A stretch of DNA of 62,762 nt, the filler included, from Nemertoderma westbladi (taxonomy: Eukaryota; Animalia; Xenacoelomorpha): the NCBI GenBank assembly GCA_032718475.1. It is 4 parts of 4 records of this genome, joined end to end, with 100 filler letters (N's around TTAATTAATTAA, not from the genome) between each part and the next. Parts side by side here need not be neighbours in the genome. Positions count along the whole stretch, not along the records: positions 1 to 19,629 come from JAUCBJ010004128.1; positions 19,730 to 31,048 come from JAUCBJ010000361.1; 2 more parts are not named here. The stretch is one strand, 5' to 3'. Under the pieces are notes generated by a model. The model was not told the DNA's origin. It did no database searches and worked only from the letters and a program-made list of their open reading frames with translations. Made by a program: the position numbers and the translations under genes. Shown piece after piece: positions 14,201 through 21,668 of this stretch (position 1 is its first letter; every line of letters starts with the position of its first letter).

Positions 14201-15845
14201 ATCTCTCAGCATCAATTTCCGTAAGAAAACTACGAAACCAGGAACACAATTCATCATATATTTCTTGGTTAAATGTCAAAGACTTAATAATAATATTGTT
14301 GAAAAGACACAGCATATTATTGTTTGCAGTGTTTATAGATTTGATCCACCTTTTCTTAAAGATATCTATAGCATTAATGTAAGTTTGTATGAGTAAATTA
14401 TGTTCTATATCTGATTTCAAATTAGTAAGAACATCTAGGGAGAATACAATAAGCGAAGGCGGGCTGCTTTCGCTTTGCAATGTAGAATTTTCCTGTGTTA
14501 TTACATTTTGTATCTCGGGAAATTTATTGCCCTTGGCATTAGGATGTTGGACCAGCTCTATCATTGCATTGCACCCTTTAGTAAACAAATTCAAATTCTG
14601 TGTAGGTAAATGAGATTGATTACAAAAGTGAATAAAACGTCGAAATAGCAAATAAAATGGAAATATTAACAAAAATTCGAGTTTTACTGAATTTCCGAAA
14701 ACCATTGATTGAAATACCTCTCCATCACAAAGTGCGCTAAATAAATATTCAATGAGTTCAGGATAGCAAGTTAAGGTAGAAACAAAATCCTGCAGAAGAG
14801 ACAAAGTCATATCAGTTTGACGATGGATTCCGGCATAACTTTTCCACTTAATAACCTTTATCATTTTCAACATATGGGAACCATCAATGTTAAATAATAT
14901 AGGAAGTGAATATATCCACAGGCACAAATATTCAGCTTCAGATTTATTAAATTCAAAAGTAGCATTTACCAAAAGATGCAGATACCTATTGATACAATTC
15001 ACTATGGCTTTTCCAATTTTCATTTTTAATTCATCATTTAGGTCAAAAGTAAAGCTAATAATTCCACTCATTAAAAACTCTTTAAAAATCAAAAATATGT
15101 GAAAACAATTTATGGGGGAATCAAAACTTGCATCAAAATCCAGAACATATAAACATAGAAGAAGTGCACAGTTAAATGTATCACAAATATCATTAGCATT
15201 TTCAATGAGATACTGAAATCTTCTGTAAATAACTGAAAAAAACTCTTTTCCAACTTCTCTTGAGCTAGTTGGGGGTATCGCATTAAGATAACCCGCACGA
15301 CAATTATTATCAGATCTCAGGATCTCCAATCCATTGAAACCGTGGCTCTTAAAGATGTCTGTGCATCTCTGTAAAAACATAGGCAAAGCCATTAAACCTG
15401 TTTGAAATCCAGCAAATACTTTTACAAGCATACATAATGATGCTTTTCCTCTATAGTCAGATATATGGTTAAACGGGTTGTAAATATAACTGATATATGT
15501 ACCAGAATATGAAAGAAGTGGAGGGTGGCATATAATATCATCATATTTGTAAAACTTTTGGCAGGTCCTTGGTAGGTATAAACATCTGTTAACAATTATT
15601 TCAGGTAGCTTATATATATGTTCCCATACCAAATTTCCCTTATATTCTACAACATACTTGTATGGGATATTAGTTTCAGATAAATCCCTTGGTATATTGA
15701 GCTTCCCAATAACATATTTCAAATTCCCAGGAATATCAGAATATTCTTGCAAACTATCACAAGGCAGCAGTTCCACGTGAGCAGAATTCCAATCAGAAAG
15801 AGGAGGTCCAAACATAATATAAATATGATGCCTACTATTATTCAA
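2292..15845 (-). CDS. RNF213: RNF213/mysterin-like AAA+ ATPase-E3 ubiquitin ligase, main uninterrupted ORF (4517 codons); possibly a recent pseudogene
   Basis: N-arm CBM20-like motif IPYKYVV...WEHIY...VNRCL...YDD. Walker A motifs APGNGKS, GETGSGKT and GKPGSSKS; Walker B motifs LFFDEAN and VVLDEVG. RNF213 signatures ISNWALDPAKMNRG, LYESLYDALNQ and YVDLGLGTHRVKCRVH. RING at ~5007-5141 and RZ finger at ~3580-3677. Confidence 0.95.
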   Translation of the reverse strand: MNNSRHHIYIMFGPPLSDWNSAHVELLPCDSLQEYSDIPGNLKYVIGKLNIPRDLSETNIPYKYVVEYKGNLVWEHIYKLPEIIVNRCLYLPRTCQKFYKYDDIICHPPLLSYSGTYISYIYNPFNHISDYRGKASLCMLVKVFAGFQTGLMALPMFLQRCTDIFKSHGFNGLEILRSDNNCRAGYLNAIPPTSSREVGKEFFSVIYRRFQYLIENANDICDTFNCALLLCLYVLDFDASFDSPINCFHIFLIFKEFLMSGIISFTFDLNDELKMKIGKAIVNCINRYLHLLVNATFEFNKSEAEYLCLWIYSLPILFNIDGSHMLKMIKVIKWKSYAGIHRQTDMTLSLLQDFVSTLTCYPELIEYLFSALCDGEVFQSMVFGNSVKLEFLLIFPFYLLFRRFIHFCNQSHLPTQNLNLFTKGCNAMIELVQHPNAKGNKFPEIQNVITQENSTLQSESSPPSLIVFSLDVLTNLKSDIEHNLLIQTYINAIDIFKKRWIKSINTANNNMLCLFNNIIIKSLTFNQEIYDELCSWFRSFLTEIDAERCLDDYLDYAGELNGDISVIMFERVCDLLQDIAIKEQPLTATSIFKGFTSKFLGGKFFSNGNKRKPNAIRVIEEFLVKTFGTCEETGDIHFLKKISTSDMHKNMFYLVSEIGLAAFSQQTKTICQCMCNILSKVEYQLAMVTVTDFLEISEIKHWQRLTFIYRYSHKISGKAISGFPNDNSVEKIKKSVLQFIANRDAVDDFVVLVRQEVCDKVDEMNDVATPNNRDVMVGAIIQDDNLLNLPDDILQDIKWIMKSRINNQTVDKVFFDEINKLQVASLPLGFQMIASVIGNVRDVLRAIIEELALSTIFLKKVSCYFNDVDNIEQELKHLYCIEFDGMQEKYLFSQQACDRICILFELRKYIETAELVKSLISVLNITVVFSALDEIVEVTMHLDSSISTPLSVISKDLLCAGQVFSKWQYHEIDCLRELCKCGKLLAWITKHIHSLSELKVFADLASISAGESDQEVDRIKFFQAALNGYAPLIFDLERDTQGASILKEHFLTLCEKVFKNLALDRNLPQYLHDSNIHLAWIQEVSDQHGSVEASSLSTVQQINESGVYSIAARVITTGNTSYHNKNHLQYITLCYIVAAERRTISYYEVQELRSKLMLISTGQDGQKEVEFFTSVLLQVEMVAKYLSNLLVAGCNLFSQFKAKLFLNPSRNVSLTIDFGFKSSIIHGRHALADDINVLVAFLEGAFKDWTIYIKVLRSQFPCLNYFTTDQLVKLSLHWANFMFRNIMIPIEVMMLINYACPTLNVSELIHILIPDKEIEMSMETEHFDQDCSNVVGHAQQDNDFIASTKCQIDAFVKIKSLTEFKELCFEYGFDEHVAIAAILSNTSSVDFEIDMDMCCSWCNDNSDNVKLVEDIIYKHMNNVLHNELDMEDTYMETASAVMPTNLHQMLSDAWINFMGNVNNINVNEYLNFTNLAHIMENLIYQYGSTPKRKFPIFLRSGQPNLIICPEKDIYKTALMIYYYDHNKQLPNFNEVLICSPETTIEDVDLLCHRAFTDTSGKIFMMINCSSLPFNICLHLEDLFSYSIQNDKFQLVFISCKEKFEYSYLLTAFDKYTVTVPNLPSKDILSSYIRGKLSVPSHIESAARLDPEGCFLRLLTSEAPGNGKSLLAQRFSERNATGEFISLQLYNSDIDKKSIISRWYELYNRDTNIFHLDIGTDIGRDKLDLLFSLAVLKGLSDCKGNIWMCSINTFYLIECSSSSTTTSSCRILPDILPTITCQTPQETISILKEIHDFSQVSTKSVFEYQHGFSQLFDNKMFKSAIFQRPYQYLSLYKNKNPVLEHFIYSESTADEYIADCLSLLLEYCPVQNPSWNELFHFTSFLNIQLETTEKSIFCNSDVMGNDLPGFKGFIINFLIQMSRDFATRSLQISDESQGMGYCKPVMLERRKWENSPHPYIFFNEDGQTFSFFGLHIENLNLISEHTKEILLHNVMSEALYTSLLRQGVVFNKHFDQLSRQDKLRDICCLFGINYFDPDPSYELTYDNVMKILAIQMRFRSNIPVVIMGETGSGKTSLIRFMCDLQRNKSANLNLLILKVHGGISDIDIKAKVHLAIKQATHNIQCGINQTVLFFDEANTSTALGTIKNVMCDFKVDGINIPSNVGLQFVAAINPYREHSNEMIKRLENAGLGYHIKATATTDCIGKIPMRRLVYRVKELPASMFPLVWDFGTLDDRTEEIYISQMVHQIVQTEIIPTASRMVLQQTLVKSQCFMRQQTDECSFVSLRDVERTLTILSWFHGKQQDYIHKRLGYGNIDPFVISLVLSLGVAYYVRLESRKRYEKCMTEIIFPSSTKGNKNFAIFSSIINKCQTLFINELHLESNIAKNDALKENVWMMALCSELKIPLFIVGKPGSSKSLAKTVVMDVMQGVQSYSELFQNLKEIHMVSFQCSPLATAGGILATFRQCQKFQKDRDLSKFCSVVVLDEVGLAEDSPKMPLKTLHPLLEDGCVDDEEANDYKKVSFIGISNWALDPAKMNRGILLSRGIPTKNDLIKSANGICSNDKVIKKLMIPAIRLLTDGYCHICEKQTREYFGLRDFYSVVKMVFSMAHKSQCSPTDNDIRYAVQRNFGGYFGDFNPVEEFLSIITSIKQYKGETLSNRQIILEAIRNENINSRYILLLTKNNAALKIIIDQSLLDTEKTLVIFGSGFPQDQEYLQICMNINRIKIAMEVGQTVVLCNLANLYESLYDALNQNYVMLGGKRYVDLGLGTHRVKCRVHEQFRLIVVAEDKDVYEKFPIPLINRLEKHYLGMETLLDDTTQLESVEQIKIWIQDVSETHIKAYQISNMIQYIPGDVFIGFHEDIISSMVLRYSNFLDNNMLLIEFVKKMLLQCATPDAIIRLSDTCISKEEQSIINNIYYIAQHHDCLSNLLMNISSESILVQVTTSSRLLTKHGKSKIAQEMGVDNMDIDLLSLQQFRTEDDFSKSIRNFLSKCNVSRKLYLLIQTEIGEENNLNLFECARYIVNHIVGKFSTETQFTIVFLIYVPRVAGGCFTGLSGHPWLCYHLDELLKSHNHNFDVSQLQNKTLADVFRNDVFNIKEMIVECLPQAASLVSSHEKCRTQKRIEILIEILKTHLGFGERFLNNMYNITIRKVVSLGETLVESQRWLVKLASNSIHLKEGQTFQRSVWLHISDTIISVLKNIVQCCDVDYGLNLALNGSKNIQNVFLEILEVDVFFDFLDIKHYNEKKNHIEALFPFSRFFIYFVEEWQRHQGGNMGNQTLQLLSVIEISKFCSIFKFCFESGLLLQEYMMDFIAIRFPLADQKGIKVVMCQQLLLLSNLELSLSLNVVIEELQQANVNDAAVLTNETSEFFVRDDNSSRMRSNYITPADIEVAYIKNKSLLLLLTSLFSLLPQLPDRVIDAAFKMDILTFSMYCYSEALSLLEPNPVHFVCKEIHDHFCNQMDSFFRLYNQFVEQELATHGACIPGLQKLQNDLQRLQIIKLFVYHLSTCCSPDVWKIVCPKIKRLNLLLKGNPLKSQKDFNKLLDFLQFVNSEVGKYHFTHGNDTCVLCLEDICDPVELPCKHIGCKDCLSDHFLSKGKEQCWICPSKGCKEELPKYFCFTTTLTSQERVKYHQDFKGGLSIFFLEVLQDFVFKGLQPDEEVIGILMSFIVTSNLPKDKLNNRIRTKQMNPFDGSSIDSTPVIRSFILQLLLHDKQYYVAFGYLQQYLNHKRVLISNPKQYLELSLLVTYCLEDRAYVDESVMLIGRVETITLTRAVQLMRELKIDKSETHATNLFNVVQARLAIHATCAFLHEFICECNSSESKDKSEFLNTIQIVINDNQKSFLLKRFLIRNLVTLYRKDFIMQWKKSQQFQTLMPDELLETNWDERQDNYLVLGDKYKMIRDVTRQALITNNYDELFNVLRGLKDVDVEWRLCLYFFRYIGKFNLKHSHTLEQAVRIEFPHLADILESILNGTNKLYDIFNILPEQLQKQSIVAILHHMSAVFKSTNKANNDIVRSLYDISRSPDLVPYLPTMPQDDDVEARRAAVGVTLWYKCPKGHEFGIGDCGQPNQSGFCPTCKSIIGSGGRQSVSQGINDMTKTGHIIGDAKNCGHSLPQRSLTGVNVSIIRFLLHAALALNCETNSSLVGRIITPTIENCEVPNFLMRHLLLNLQQIAAQLGINEDHVEILLHRIIDEMSKGNIPGLQGDLLSKAGRDQWERIFTNNMLNPQVDNLKETMSVFIRIIKNDQSAADNALLVLLNEEATDEYQYEDIIDQPQFWNPRVKVSIETIGHKVGQSRMKSHMPNFSRLLDNRGVLSEIINLPTILKMHSMLSEKFATNIDISEISGMNIRSFIFQSDKFFQEEDERKAMVLFAEMFIATYNRLKHEFHNFDLPGQRALTATDSEDLSKDSPAAVLFPSKHDLGQCSVALVLLLISKHNDMVKGYSEDSVRDVPKTISPCQISTEHLVVFNERELNLMLLVHSEYSLDIVDIGKHTQWNLRESGFERCVAER

Positions 15846-16639
15846 TTATAGTCATAATTGAATTCTGGTGCAACTAATACATGAAATTCAACAGTTATTT
15901 CATTCAAACCCATGGAGTTTGCAACCCTCAGTACTAGTGTTTTCGAACTGCTATGAGTAACTGTTTTATTAAGCTCAGATATAGTATTAACGAATTGATT
16001 ATCAGTAGACTTTCCAGTGTTAGTTCTGTCTTTATTACGTTTTACTGTCATATTATATTTTGTATCTGAAGTAATATTACTACACTCTGTTTGTTTACAA
16101 ATTTGTGCAAGAGTAATATCGGCTGTCTCAGCCTCCATGTGTTCTATACCCTTAGTTATATCACCTTCATTCCAATTGTTGGTTTCGTTTCTCCCATTAT
16201 TATTGACCAGAGGTTTTATGCCATTGGCATCTCTATCAGTACTCAAGTCATCTACACTATCAACATGCCTTGCTATATTGGCCAATGTTTCTGGTACATT
16301 GTCTTTATCAGAATTATCGATATTCAGACCATCTACTGTTTGTTGTTCATATTTTGTGAAAGAATTACAATTTGATTCACCTTTGACATTATAACAAACT
16401 TCATCAGCATCCATTTCAGAGCAACTGTCTGTTACTGTGTCATCCGTTGAACCTTTGCCAATGTCATTGGTAGTTTCATTGGCCTGCTGGCACATACTTT
16501 GTTGTGGATCATTATATGGTACGTCTTGGGAAGATCCTTTGCTCTTTTGAAGTGGTTTACCCTTGCCAACCTTATCTTTATTCCTCTTGTTCTTACCCTT
16601 GCCAACCTTATCTTTATTCCTCTTGTTCTTCTTTCCCAT
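15842..16639 (-). CDS. RNF213: Frameshift-separated N-terminal part of the RNF213-like gene (low-complexity N-terminus + start of the CBM20-like domain)
   Basis: ATG at 16639 (MGKKNKRNK...). The ORF ends ITVEFHVLVAPEFNYD, which continues naturally into SRHHIYIMFG of the main ORF, matching the RNF213 pattern VTVxFH...F.F....H.V.I..G. Confidence 0.8.
   Translation of the reverse strand: MGKKNKRNKDKVGKGKNKRNKDKVGKGKPLQKSKGSSQDVPYNDPQQSMCQQANETTNDIGKGSTDDTVTDSCSEMDADEVCYNVKGESNCNSFTKYEQQTVDGLNIDNSDKDNVPETLANIARHVDSVDDLSTDRDANGIKPLVNNNGRNETNNWNEGDITKGIEHMEAETADITLAQICKQTECSNITSDTKYNMTVKRNKDRTNTGKSTDNQFVNTISELNKTVTHSSSKTLVLRVANSMGLNEITVEFHVLVAPEFNYDYN
16557..16628. repeat. Exact 36-bp in-frame tandem duplication (KNKRNKDKVGKG x2)
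   Basis: TTACCCTTGCCAACCTTATCTTTATTCCTCTTGTTC occurs twice in tandem. Confidence 0.95.
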
Positions 16640-17194
16640 AATGAAATTGTTTTCTAAATAACAAGTATAAAACAAATATTATAATTGGTAGGGGATTGCT
16701 ATATAATAATGAAAAAAAATATCGGAAATATATGTATACCAAAAATAATATGCGTCAATATGATATATTTGCATTGTTGTAAGCGGATTCAATTCCCTGC
16801 ACTACCCAGCGGAAAGTGGGCAAAGTGGCATTTTCACCAATTATAGTTGGGAAGGTGACATTACCAATAATAATGTCACCTAATAACCAACTTAGGCGAT
16901 ACACATCGCCAGCCACAAAGAAAGTTGAGAGGTCATAAAACATTTCATAGGGACAAAGGGGCTAGCAGGGCTAGCACGTGGGGATAGTGGCAGCAGGGAG
17001 TGGTGAGATGGAAATTAATTGGGTTAGCCAATGATGGGAAGGGGAAGCAGGTGATTGGAAGGCATCCATTGGCCAGGCCGCTCAATACAGTAGCTGTAAT
17101 TAATATGTGTTAACAATATAACTGTTGTACTTGTGGATTATGATTCAGTTGGTATCTGTAGAGTTGTCCCCTAGAGGTTAACCCCAAAGATTTA

Positions 17195-19629
17195 GTGTCG
17201 TCGGTTAGTAGGAATGCTAGTAAGCATAGCAAAATTAGTAGGACAAACAGGCGACGGGAGTCCGTCGCAACCGAAAAGTCCGCTACATCCTCCGTGAAAG
17301 CAAGAAGGGTGTTAGAGAATGATCTGGCGTGTCAACTAGACATAGTCGCGCTAGACCAAAAAGAACTAGAGAGACAGCTGGATGAGGGGACCGCGTTGCT
17401 AGAAAGGGAAAGGGAACTAGCGAGAGAGTGTAGAGAGAGGGCCGAGAGGGTGGCGAGAAACTATAGAGAGGGTGAGGAGAGGGAAATCAGTGAGTGTAAA
17501 GAGCGGGAGGAGAGACAGGCGAATGAGCGCAATAAGCGAGAGGCGAGAGTGGCGAAAGAACGCAAAGAACGCAAAGAGTGAGAGGAGAAGGAAGCTGAGA
17601 GGATTGCGAGGGATGCAGAATTAGCTGATCGGAGTATTAGTTAGAGAGGATAGGGAGAGAGAGAGGGCGGGTAAAACGTATGAGGGATGATATGCATACC
17701 CGGTTGAGGGGGTTAATGCAGTATCAGGCAAAGCAGAAACACCGATTAGAACTGGCAAAGATGGGTTTATCAGTGGTATCAGTTTACACGGGGGCGAAGT
17801 GTGGAATGATGGGTGAGGGGGGGGGGGGGCTACGGGCACCACACCACGAGAGGGGGGGGGGGGGGGGGGAGGCAGAAAACGCTTCACAGATGTCGATGGG
17901 AAATGCCACGGTGATTCAAGTGAACCGGGGCTCCCGACGACGGAGGAAAGGGGGGAGGGGGGGCAGCAGAAGCCCCACGAGCGTCAGCAGATAATGCGCG
18001 TGGTGAGTTAAGTGTGGCACCCAGCAATGGAGGGTAATAGGAGGGCAACAAATATCCGCGAGGCCGTACAACTGGGCAGAGGGAGGGACGTTGGTGCCGT
18101 AAGTGGCCAAACGAGAAAAAGTCGAGCCCACTCGGAAGATGGAAGGAGTACAGTAGAGTTCATCCGGGAGGTCGATATGAGACCTCATGAAGGAGGACAT
18201 AACGCTGAAACCAGAAGAAGTGAGGAGGAACGAGGAGGTGTTGCTACGGGCAACCAGAGACGTCGAGAGAGGATGGACAGTGAACCGTCGATAGTCGAAC
18301 TAGAGGGAGAGAGCCGGTGGGGTCGTACTCCGGGAGATTGCCATTGCCCCGGAGACACACAACCTGGCAAAATATACCACACACTGGGAGAGGGGTACAG
18401 AGTGTACCGATACAAGGAGGAAGAAAGGGGAGGGGATTGGAGGGAAACTTCCCATCGGAACGTAGCTACCGATTGACGATACGGCAGTCGCGGGAAGGAG
18501 TTCTCAGAATATTCAAGAAGATTAAACTTCCATCAGACTGCAGAACATACTGTAGGCCTTACTGCACATACTATAGGCCATGCTCAGAATAATAGTGGGC
18601 ACTTTTTCGGTATTGGGGCCCCATTTTTTTTATATTTATTTATATTTATATTATTAGTGAATATTGGAATAGTGGATAATAGAATAGTGTAGGTGATAGG
18701 GTAGCGTGAATGCCAGGATTGGACCCAGAGGTCACCATATACATACTGGTTAGAAGGCAGGAACCTGATAGGCCTATACCGGTACCTGTACACCAGTATG
18801 ACTATAATATGCAGGAATACAATATATACCCAGGGGAGGGGGGGGGGGGGGGGTATTGCAAATAGGTGTATGGGCCCCAATATAATGACATCTACCCCAG
18901 TACCAAATATAACATCGGTGGGGGGGGGGGGGGGGGGGGGGCAGGGTGACATTCCCCCATTACAGTATCCGCAATACACACAACCAGAATTAAAAGCCGG
19001 AAGAATATCTACAGTTCCAGAGGATGTATAGTAATGAGATTTTGACAAAAAATCTCACACAGGCGGAGTGCCTTAAATACCTACAAGTCTATACAGGGGG
19101 ACCAGCCTACGACATAGTGAGGCAATACCAAGGTATTGAAGGAGGATTCACGACTGCATGGAGAGCCCTGGACAGGGAAATTGGCCATCCTGCGAAGATT
19201 ATCCGACAAACCTTAAGGGGAATAACATCAGGTGGACTCGCAGATAACCCTGTTAGCATCAAGACTTTCGTTAATAAAGTAGAGAAAGCGCTAATAGTGT
19301 TAAAGACTCTAGATGCACCTTACGAACTCAATGCATTGAACAAATTCACCACAATAGCGCAGGCACTACCAATTTGGCTAAGAAACAAATGGAGAAAGAT
19401 CGCTTTCTCCACTCGAGAAAAGAAAGGTGAGGAGAGCCAGGATTGGAGGACATGTCGAACTTCCTTAACTACAAGGCGGAGCTAATAACGGATCCATTCT
19501 ATAGTGAAGACAGTCTAGGCAAGGCACCGAAAACGGAATTCAGCCAAGCTAAACCCGAACATAGTGCGGCGAATGCACTTCCAAAGGTGAGGCAGTCGCT
19601 ACTGTATGCGGCCACACAGGGGACTACAA
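17195..19629 (+). mobile_element. Degenerate BEL/Pao gag (coiled-coil region + DUF1759-like capsid), cut by an assembly gap; no 5' LTR visible
   Basis: E/R-rich coiled coil at 17195-17700. KPEEYLQFQRMY...ECLKYLQVYTGGPAYDIV...AWRALDREIGHP...LPIWLRNKW at 18990-19400. Several frameshifts at G-runs. Confidence 0.75.
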
Positions 19630-19729
19630 NNNNNNNNNNNNNNNNNNNNNNNNNNNNNNNNNNNNNNNNNNNNTTAATTAATTAANNNNNNNNNNNNNNN
19701 NNNNNNNNNNNNNNNNNNNNNNNNNNNNN
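19630..19729. other. Scaffold gap with artificial TTAATTAATTAA linker
   Basis: 100-position N-run with a central all-frame stop linker; the same construct occurs at 31049 and 56077. Confidence 0.98.
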
Positions 19730-21668
19730 TCTAATTCTACCGCTAGCTTTGCATAATGTCACCATGGCAACAACCACGCTAGAATTAGAATTGAGTTAAA
19801 AGAACAATAGAAAGCTTGTCCCATTGAATAGCATAGGGAATAAATAGCGCACTGCTAGTATCCAAGGATACATAATAATACAGTGACATTCTGGAAGGCA
19901 TTGACTAACGGACAAATGGCCCGAATGTGCGTAGTTGTGACCAGTTGTGTGGTATTTGTGAGTTTATAGGTGAATGTTACTGCTAAAGTGTGTTTACAGT
20001 AGCTAGTCGCAATCGTGAAAGTAACCTAACTCTCCAAGGAAAACCTGAAGTACATCTAAGCCTTTGGGACGGACAGTGGAGTGACTTGTGCCGGTTGTCG
20101 TTGTCGTTGTGCGGCTACGTCGTTGGCGAAAGTACAGCGGCGACGACACATCGGCGCTGAGGATCTCGTACTGTCCGGGGGTTGATTGGGGTAGGCAGCG
20201 ACGCCCGCTCGCCTAAATATAAACTCATAATATGGATAAACTCATATATAGCAGATATGACGGAGTTGATAGAAGATGGTCTTAGTATCGGGGAGCGATA
20301 TACTCTACTTTTACAAGCGTTTGTTGATAGCTTAATACGCGGCGACGTTAGTCCAACTGCTGCGGAGGACGATGGTCGTTATATCGAACCGCCAATGTCC
20401 CAAGAGCAGCTCGCGCGAGTTGGACTATAGAAAATTCGCTGCTCGATATACGCAGCGTAAACTGGTCATCTTATATGGTCTTCTTAACTACTGGTCATCC
20501 TATCGATTTACATAATACGGACTATGTCGACTATATATCCTGCCCAGCGGAGTCGGAACCATAAACTGAAATTCGAATGCGAAAATTCTATTCGAAATCG
20601 ACTCGAAAGAAAAGACACTAAAGAAACAAATAAACGCGGTAACTCCAACGTATATTTGGAATTCTTGATAGAAGCATTGTAACAACAAATAAATATCACC
20701 CGCGTTTCCCCTACCAGACGTGCGTCTTTGGTATTATTACGATAAATGCCCTAGACCCAACTAATAAACGGAAAGACATAAACATCCACGGAAACGTTGT
20801 GTTAAACACAGTTGTGCTCGTTATATTTACTGGAGTTTCGAGCGAAACTTGTTTGACGTATCACCTATGCTCACTCGGCTCGAACGATCCTGGAGTAAAC
20901 CTACGATCAGAGTCCCGGAATACTCGGTCAAACCTCCTCATTCCTTAGTTGGACCTCAGACCTGCGATCCTGATGGTGTCGCGGATCCTCGCGGACTGTA
21001 TTCACTGTTCAAAGATCTAGTGCTACCCTAACAATTAATCGGTAACACTCCGACAGTGATTTCTAGCTAGCCGCCCATCTTACCTAGCCGGATTGTGATG
21101 CGGACACCTAATATCACTATCCAACCGTATGGTCGTTCCCGTTTAACGCGATACAACCCTTCATCAAGGTGAAGGAGAGCGTTGTACGAAACGAGTTAAA
21201 CGCTATTCTATAAAGATCAAAAAAGAAACCTGCGTTTGTTCAGATAAACGTAAGTTATAACAGTAAGTCCAATCGATAAACGAATTGGCCTTATCTCAGT
21301 TCGATTGGGAAATCTCGAATCTCTAAGAAGATATCAAGCTTAGAAACCCCTATTCTCTGCGAGAGTTTTGGATGAACGTATCCAGCTACGAGCGGAGGAA
21401 AATCAGCTCGAGGAGAAGCATATCGAAACGGCGGATACCCCGACCATAATCCTACACCTTCTGATGCAATCATATTGCACCCTTCACCCAGGATTTATAG
21501 CCCTCCTAGTAAAGTGGCTCGCCCCAAAGAGAAAAGGACTCTTGCTAGCCTCAAAAACTGTGTAAACGCCGTCTGCGTAAGAAAGACTAACTGTTTAGAG
21601 TATCTTTATATTTTAGAAACTGTGATTTGTTATATTTTATAGACTTAAATCCCATTTTCTGGGAGCGG
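19730..21668 (+). mobile_element. Internally deleted second copy of the LTR element's 3' accessory region, ending in the PPT
   Basis: 19731-21428 is homologous to 37338-39227. From 21430 it switches to homology with 47132-47371 and ends CCCATTTTCTGGGAGCGG immediately before the LTR. Confidence 0.9.
20070..20177 (+). ncRNA. Conserved long RNA hairpin, copy 1 (function unknown)
   Basis: 20088-20112 pairs with 20132-20157 (25 bp including G-U, one bulged C), and 20070-20078 pairs with 20169-20177. It covaries with the copy at 37678-37786. Confidence 0.65.

Noticed and set aside
2643-16394. Short antisense and alternative-frame ORFs within RNF213
   Set aside because: Shadow ORFs of a long coding sequence, with no recognisable motifs.
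16780-16820. GGATTCAATTCC resembling a tRNA B-box
   Set aside because: No cloverleaf or A-box could be built.
17020-17075. Cluster of CCAAT/ATTGG motifs upstream of RNF213
   Set aside because: Plausible promoter, but the motifs are too short to support without transcript data.
19674-19685. TTAATTAATTAA palindrome inside the N-runs (three times)
   Set aside because: Artificial scaffolding linker; ORFs ending in it are artefacts.
20127-20163. GAAA...CTGAGGA resembling a hammerhead ribozyme core
   Set aside because: Stems II and III cannot be formed around the core, and copy 2 has GAGA instead of GAAA.
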